From contig OZ024752.1 in assembly GCA_964016885.1 (NCBI GenBank), forward strand, positions 17,422,001 through 17,486,000: a DNA stretch of 64,000 bases, read 5' to 3'. The first letter of the stretch is position 1, and the number at the start of each line of letters is the position of its first letter. The stretch is from Eledone cirrhosa (lineage: Eukaryota). Below are positions 53,629-64,000 of the stretch, piece after piece. The notes beneath the pieces were generated by a model. It ran no database searches. It was not told the origin of the DNA and saw only the letters and a list, made by a program, of their open reading frames with translations. Made by a program: the position numbers and the translations under genes.

Positions 53629-54044
53629 AGTTGTCCCCCTTGCTTCTGCTGGACATCACCAGAGGGCGTTAGCATAGCTACGGCTTCCTAAAATCGTATT
53701 TCTTTAGAAATACGAAATTTCTATACACACATATATATATGTGTGTGTGTGTGTCTGTATGTGTGTATGTATGGTGATGGAGGTGTTGGTAGCTGTGGTA
53801 GTGGTGTGTGAGTATATATATATATATATATATATATGTTTGTGTGTGTGTGTGGTGGGGGAGTATTTGTCGTATATGAGGTAACAGGTGTGATATGATA
53901 ATTGGAAATCATTTGAAAATGTCAGGTCAAATTTTGATGACAAGATAGTGTGACATGCATATTTCATTGAACAGGTTAAGCAACAAGTCTTTGAAACCAC
54001 AAAACACACTGAGTTTTTTGTTTCATAGACGTCATTTTGTTACT

Positions 54045-56005
54045 GAAAATTGCAACTACTTCCTGTAGAAGAGAAAATTAGCACTACTTCCTGTAGAAGA
54101 GAAAATTACCACTACTTCCTGTAGAAGAGAAAATTACAACTACTTTCTGTAGAAGAGAAATTTGCTACTTCCCGTAGAAGAGCACATTACAACTATTTCC
54201 TGTAGAAGAGAAAAATACAACTACTTCCTGTAGACGAGAAAATTACAACTACTTCCTGTAGAAGAGAAAATTACAACTACTTCCTGTAGAAGAGAAAATT
54301 ACAACTACTTCCTGTAGACGAGAAAATTACAATTACTTCCTGTACAAGAAAAAATTACAACTACTTCGTCTAGATAAGAACATTACAACTACTTCCTGTA
54401 GAAGAGCACATTACAACTACTTTCTGTAGAAGAGAAAAATACAACTACTTCCTGTAGAAGAGAAAAATACAACTACTTCCTGTAGAAGAGAAAATTACAA
54501 CTACTTACTGTAGAAGAGAAATTTGCTACTTCATGTAGAAGAGAAAATTACAACTTGCTGTAGAAGAGAAAATTACAACTATTTCCTCTAGAAGAGAAAA
54601 ATACAACTACTTCCTGTAGACGAGAAAATTACAACTACTTCCTGTAGAAGAGAAAATTACAACTACTTCCTGTAGAAGAGAAAAATACAACTACTTCCTC
54701 TAGAAGAGAAAAATACAACTACTTCCTGTAGACGAGAAAATTACAACTACTTCCTGTAGACGAGAAAATTACAACTACATCCTGTAGAAGAGAAAATTAC
54801 AACTACTTCCTGTAGAAGAGAAAATTACAACTACTTCCTGTAGAAGAGAAAAATACAACTACTTCCTGTAGAAGAGAAAAATACAACTATTTCCTGTAGA
54901 AGAGAAAATTACAATTACTTCCTGTAGACGAGAAAATTACAATTACTTCCTGTAGAAGAGAAAAATACAACTACTTCCTGTAGAAGAGAAAAATACAACT
55001 ACTTCCTGTAGAAGAGAAAATTACAACTACTTACTGTAGAACAGAAATTTGCTACTTCCTGTAGAAGAGAAAATTACAACTTGCTGTAGAAGAGACAATT
55101 ACAACTATTTCCTCTAGAAGAGAAAAATACAACTACTTCCTGTAGACGAGAAAATTACAACTACTTCCTGTAGAAGAGAAAAATACAACTACTTCCTGTA
55201 GAAGAGAAAATTACCACTACTTCCTGAAGAAAAGAAAATTACAACTACTTTCTGTAGAAGAGAAATTTGCTACTTCCCGTAGAAGAGCACATTACAACTA
55301 TTTCCTGTAGAAGAGAAAAATACAACTACTTCCTGTAGACGAGAAAATTACAACTACTTCCTGTAGAAGAGAAAATTACAACTACTTCCTGTAGAAGAGA
55401 AAATTACAACTACTTCCTGTAGACGAGAAAATTACAATTACTTCCTGTACAAGAGAAAATTACAACTACTTCGTCTAGATAAGAACATTACAACTACTTC
55501 CTGTAGAAGAACACATTACAACTACTTTCTGTAGAAGAGAAAAATACAACTACTTCCTGTAGAAGAGAAAAATACAACTACTTCCTGTAGAAGAGAAAAT
55601 TACAACTACTTACTGTAGAAGAGAAATTTGCTACTTCCTGTAGAAGAGAAAATTACAACTTGCTGTAGAAGAGAAAATTACAACTTCTAGAAGAGAAGAA
55701 TACAACTTCTTCCTGTAGACGAGAAAATTACAACTGCTTCCTGTAGAAGAGAAAATTACAACTACTTCCTGTAGAAGAGAAAATTACAACTACTTCCTGT
55801 AGAAGAGAAAAATACAACTACTTCCTGTAGACGAGAAAAATACAACTACTTCCTGTAGAAGAGAAAAATACAACTATTTCCTGTAGAAGAGAAAATTACA
55901 ATTACTTCCTGTAGACGAGAAAATTACAATTACTTCCTGTAGAAGAGACAAATACAACTACTTCCTGTAGAAGAGAAAAATACAACTACTTCCTGTAGAA
56001 GAGAA
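54045..56005 (+). repeat. 28-bp satellite (ACAACTACTTCCTGTAGAAGAGAAAATT) with a 1105-bp higher-order repeat
   Basis: About 70 units. Diagnostic variants recur 1105 bp apart (ttacc at 54106/55211, tcgtctagat at 54366/55471). Confidence 0.95.
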
Positions 56006-56107
56006 CATACATGTAAAATATGTCCAGAAAAACCTTTAAAATTGAAATTTATAAATTAAAACAATAAAAAAGTAAAAATCTCAAATAGCATCTCAGATAT
56101 GATATTT

Positions 56108-56640
56108 TATCCACCCAGCTGGACGGAGGGGACGGCAAAAGGCCAGACGGTATGACCATCTTCCCGTTCCGCGGTGGAAAACCCCACGTCTGGGATGCCA
56201 CTTGCAGTGACACTTTCTCCAGCCTTAACCTGGTGCAGTCTGCGACTAACCCAGGTTCTGCTGCACGTCGGGCTGAGGAGGGCAAACTATCCAAGTACCG
56301 GTCACTCTCCGACAGGTTCGCGGTCGTGCCCTTGGCAGTGGAAACTTCTGGTGTCCTTGGCCCTTGGGCTTCCTCCATACTCACCACCATAGGCGCTGAT
56401 CTGGCCAGCCGCAGATGTGACCCTCGCGAGATGGAATGGCTGTTCCAGCGCATCTCCCTTACCATCCTCCGGGGAAACGCCTTCTCCATTCTGTCCGCCG
56501 GGGCTGTGGGAAGGCCAGCACGTGGGATCCCATTTGCTCATAATACAGAGAGATGGGGAGGGCGAGAAAGAGGGAGGCGATGACAGTGGGAGTTCGGCTC
56601 CTCCATGTTCGGACCATACCCTTGAAATATATAAAGATGG
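56108..56640 (+). mobile_element. CRE-clade non-LTR retrotransposon 3' fragment (RLE endonuclease)
   Basis: DGKRPDGMTIFPF..WDATC..AE..KLSKY..VPLAVETSG..QRISLTILRGNA. Confidence 0.85.
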
Positions 56641-56862
56641 AAATTTCAACAATTCCTAGACATTACCTTTTACTATTTTATATCTATTAATCAACTTGAC
56701 CGGATGGGAGATAGACGTTATTTTGTAAATAAACCGATTTTAGGATGAATAACGTACGAATGAGCAGAGACCACAGAATACCATGTTGTTAGAATGTGGT
56801 AAATATAACAAGGTACTGGAGGTATTCGCACAAAATCAGAGATGAGCTTACATATTGAGGGT

Positions 56863-56948
56863 TATCTGAGGATCTTTCGATTACAGAGTCAGGTTCGATC
56901 AATAATAGATCATTCCTCGAGCTGATCGACAGTGAAACATATGTAATA
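56863..56948 (+). ncRNA. Type-I hammerhead ribozyme with long stem II
   Basis: TAT-CTGAGGA-TCTTTCGATT...GATCGACAGT-GAAAC-ATAT-GTA-ATA. Palindromic ACATATGT. Confidence 0.7.
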
Positions 56949-57085
56949 TGTTATTAAATATGTTATGATGCAATACTGACTCTTTGTTTCTTTATTCTTA
57001 TACTATTATACTGTGCTCTGCGCGAGCATCGAGTGCTCATCCGGCATACCAACTACAGACGCAATTATCTTGCACCTAATCACTC

Positions 57086-57129
<44 letters not shown>

Positions 57130-57400
57130 TAAAACATGTCTTTAGAATCACTAGATATAATATATACCATTTCCTCTCCTAATCACCATAATTAACCATA
57201 TAAGAAATCAATTAGACCAAGCTATAAGAATAAAGGCTCCTATGAAGAAATCTCCGACAAATAACCGAAAGCAGCCCCTTCGCGGTGGCTGCGATGGAGT
57301 ATTTATCGAACATTTCGACAACATGTAGAAATCGACCAGATGTACAGTCAACTAAACATAATTAGGTGTAAAATCAAACTTAGAAGAAATGCGTACATAC

Positions 57401-57474
57401 CTCTACCATGGTTTCATCCGTATTTTAAGACATCCGATAACAGGGAATGTCTAGAGCTTCGGATTCATCAGGAG
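57401..57474 (-). ncRNA. Type-I hammerhead ribozyme
   Basis: Minus strand: CTC-CTGATGA-ATCCG...CGGAT-GAAAC-CATG-GTA-GAG. Confidence 0.88.
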
Positions 57475-57657
57475 TGAACTCAAAATTAGACATTTAATTT
57501 TCCAAAGTGATCGCGCCAAAAATACATTCAAAAATGGCTAAGAATCGTGACGTGGCAGCGGTCAAGCTAGAAAGGATGTGATTAGTTGCTTACAACGTTT
57601 TTGAATGTATTTTTGGCGCGATCACTTTGGAAAATTAAATGTCTAATTTTGAGTTCA

Positions 57658-57731
57658 CTCCTGATGAATCCGAAGCTCTAGACAGTCCCTGTTATCGGAT
57701 GTCTTAAAATACGGATGAAACCATGGTAGAG
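57658..57731 (+). ncRNA. Type-I hammerhead ribozyme (predicted cut after 57728)
   Basis: CTC-CTGATGA-ATCCG..AGACA..TGTCT..CGGAT-GAAAC-CATG-GTA-GAG. Confidence 0.9.
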
Positions 57732-58313
57732 GTAATTAGGTATGTACGCATTTCTTCTAAGTTTGATTTTACACCTAATTATGTTTAGTTGACTGTATAT
57801 CTGGACGATTTCTACATGCTGTCGAAATGTTCGATAAATACTCCATCGTAGCCACCGCGAAGGGGCTGCTTTCGGTTATTTGTCGGAGATTTCTTCATAG
57901 GAACCTTTATTCTTATAGCTTGGTCTAATTGATTTTTTATATGGTTAATTATGTTGATTGGGAGAGGAAATGGTATATATTATATCTAGTGATTCTAAAG
58001 ACATGTTTTATGATATATAGCTCTGATTATTTAATTTATTAATTCTTCATTGAGCCACAACGTGACCTGTTGCAAAACACATATATATCTATGACTTTAT
58101 ATATATGTAAACCTTTATATGTAATAATCTCCCGTTTGGTTGAGATACAATTTGGCTATATTGGGCTGCGCTTTCAGCAATAAGCCTACCCGCCGTAAGC
58201 AACTAATCACATCCTTTCTAGCTTGACCGCTGCCACGTCACGATTCTTAGGCATTTTTGAATGTATTTTTGGCACGATCACTTTGGAAAATTAAATGTCT
58301 AATTTTGAGTTCA

Positions 58314-58387
58314 CTCCTGATGAATCCGAAGCTCTAGACAGTCCCTGTTATCGGATGTCTTAAAATACGGATGAAACCATGGTAGAG
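58314..58387 (+). ncRNA. Type-I hammerhead ribozyme (predicted cut after 58384)
   Basis: Identical to 57658-57731. Confidence 0.9.
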
Positions 58388-58969
58388 GTAATTAGGTATG
58401 TACGCATTTCTTCTAAGTTTGATTTTACACCTAATTATGTTTAGTTGACTGTATATCTGGACGATTTCTACATGCTGTCGAAATGTTCGATAAATACTCC
58501 ATCGTAGCGACCGCGTAGGGGCTGCTTTCGGTTATTTGCCGGCGATTTCTTCATAGGAGCCTTTATTCTCATAGCTTGGTCTAATTGATTTTTTATATGG
58601 TTAATTATGCTGATTGGGAGAGGAAATGGTATATATTATATCTAGTGATTCTAAAGACATGTTTTATGATATATAGTTCTGATTATTTAATTTATTAATT
58701 CTTCATTGAGCCACAACGTGACCTGTTGCAAAACACATATATATCTATGACTTTATATATATGTAAACCTTTATATGTAATAATCTCCCGTTAGGTTGAG
58801 ATACAATTTGGCTATATTGGGCTGCGCTTTCAGCAATAAGCCTACCCGCCATAAGCAACTAATCACATCCTTTTTAGCTTGACCGCTGCCACGTCACGAT
58901 TCTTAGCCATTTTTGACTGTATTTTTGGCGCGATCACTTTGGAAAATTAAATGTCTAATTTTGAGTTCA

Positions 58970-59043
58970 CTCCTGATGAATCCGAAGCTCTAGACATTCC
59001 CTGTTATCGGATGTCTTAAAATACGGATGAAACCATGGTAGAG
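58970..59043 (+). ncRNA. Type-I hammerhead ribozyme (predicted cut after 59040)
   Basis: Same motif with one substitution in stem II. Confidence 0.9.
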
Positions 59044-59258
59044 GTATATAGGTATGTACGCATTTCTTCTAAGTTTGATTTTACACCTAATTATGTTTAG
59101 TTGACTGTATATCTGGACGATTTCTGCATGCTGTCGAAATGTTCGATAAATACTCCATCGTAGCCACCGCGAAGGGGCTGCTTTCGGTTATTTGTCGGAG
59201 ATTTCTTCATAGGAGCCTTTATTCTTATAGCTTGGTGTAATTGATTTTTTTATATGAC

Positions 59259-59899
59259 AAAGAGCTCAGGATTTCTTCTCCTTTGAGCACATTATTTACA
59301 GGGAATAGCGAGAGCCTATGCCTCCGTTAATTTATCGTGATATTTCGCTCCTAATAACAGTCTTTCCTACCTCAGTTTGGTTGAGCACACTTCTCTGAGT
59401 GGCTTTGGGCTGCCCTTTCTAGCAGTTCGTCCCCCAGAGGCCACTGGTTCACTGCCCTTAAACACGCTGTGACTTCTCCCTCCCATGTGTAGCTGGACAG
59501 TCAATTTTAAAATTCTCTTAGTGTTGTCTGAAATGTATAGCCTTACACACGGTGATGAACCGAGGCTAACCCATTGCTTTCAACAAATTATTGGTGAAAC
59601 ATATCTTTGGATTAGTGTCTTTGGATTTGTACGTGTGTTATATAGTTATAGAGGTATTTATTTACGCTTTAATTTATATTTTTAATTATCATGTCTATAG
59701 TCTGCCTTTCATAAATTATAGATTCCATACACTGGTGGTTTTTTTCCCCTGTTTTATTGATAACGCACTATATATCTCTCTCTGGTGTGTTACCTTTTCA
59801 ACATATTGTATTTTAAAGAGCTCAAGATTTCTTCTCCTTTGAGCACATTATTTACAGGGAATAGCGAGGGCCTATGCCTCCGTTAATTTATCGTGTTAT

Positions 59900-59905
<6 letters not shown>
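59259..59905 (+). mobile_element. pLTR-like monomer with ~80-bp terminal direct repeats (556-bp period) and a core-mutated hammerhead
   Basis: GAGCTCA.GATTTCTTCTCC at 59262 and 59818. GTGATGA-ACCGA...TTGGT-GAAACA...TGTC at 59552-59609. Confidence 0.65.
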
Positions 59906-59946
<41 letters not shown>

Positions 59947-60308
59947 GGGTGGGGGTGCGCGCGTGTGTGTGAGTATGTATTTGTGAATGTGTCTGTTGAC
60001 ATCTGGAATATGGCTTAAGAGAAACTTGAAGATAATGGTATGATAGGCACTCAATATTTTGAACTGGTCTATAGAATTCTCTAGGCCTTTATCACTCTAA
60101 GAAGAATTAGCTTTTAAAGAATTTCCCTTTTCTTTAAATCCATCAACCATGACTGACCACCAACGATCTTATAGACACCTGAAATATAGGCATTGTTAGC
60201 TTAAGAGAAACTTAAAAATAAGGAGTGGCACCCCATTGTGAACTTGTTTATAGAATTCTTTCTGCCTTTGTTACTCTAAATATAAATTATAGCTTTAAAG
60301 AATTAGCT

Positions 60309-64000
<3,692 letters not shown>

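Larger units (their letters stand above)
57123..59252. mobile_element. Retrozyme-like array: inverted copy (57123-57592) plus ~2.5 direct 656-nt monomers, four hammerheads in total
   Basis: CTGATGA at 57661, 58317 and 58973 gives an exact 656-bp period. No ORF. Starts in (TA)n. Confidence 0.9.

Noticed and set aside
54045-56005. CRISPR array
   Set aside because: The 28-bp units are contiguous with no unique spacers, there are no cas genes, and the context is eukaryotic.

Overview
AT-rich, microsatellite-dense animal genomic DNA. The repeat repertoire suggests a coleoid cephalopod such as octopus (inference). One host gene is evident: a minus-strand GT11 alpha-1,2-fucosyltransferase (main exon 14608-15851) with a tandem-repeat stem. 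The rest is mostly retroelement: RTE LINEs (two with C-terminal C2H2 fingers), R4/Dong, Tx1, CRE, Penelope-like elements (PLEs), SINEs, Helitron ends, a hAT relic and two 28-bp tandem arrays. The main signal is not in the ORF track. I read about 17 near-consensus type-I hammerhead ribozymes (CUGANGA...GAAA) from about 8 families, plus degenerate and half copies. They lie in PLE pseudo-LTRs and in ORF-less retrozyme-like tandem monomers (656 nt and 546 nt) that are fused to inverted copies and usually abut (TA)n. Paralogous copies show compensatory stem changes. Bases 1-3730 recur almost identically at about 60309-64000, which implies a ~60.3-kb tandem duplication or an assembly artefact. All calls were made by eye without database searches.
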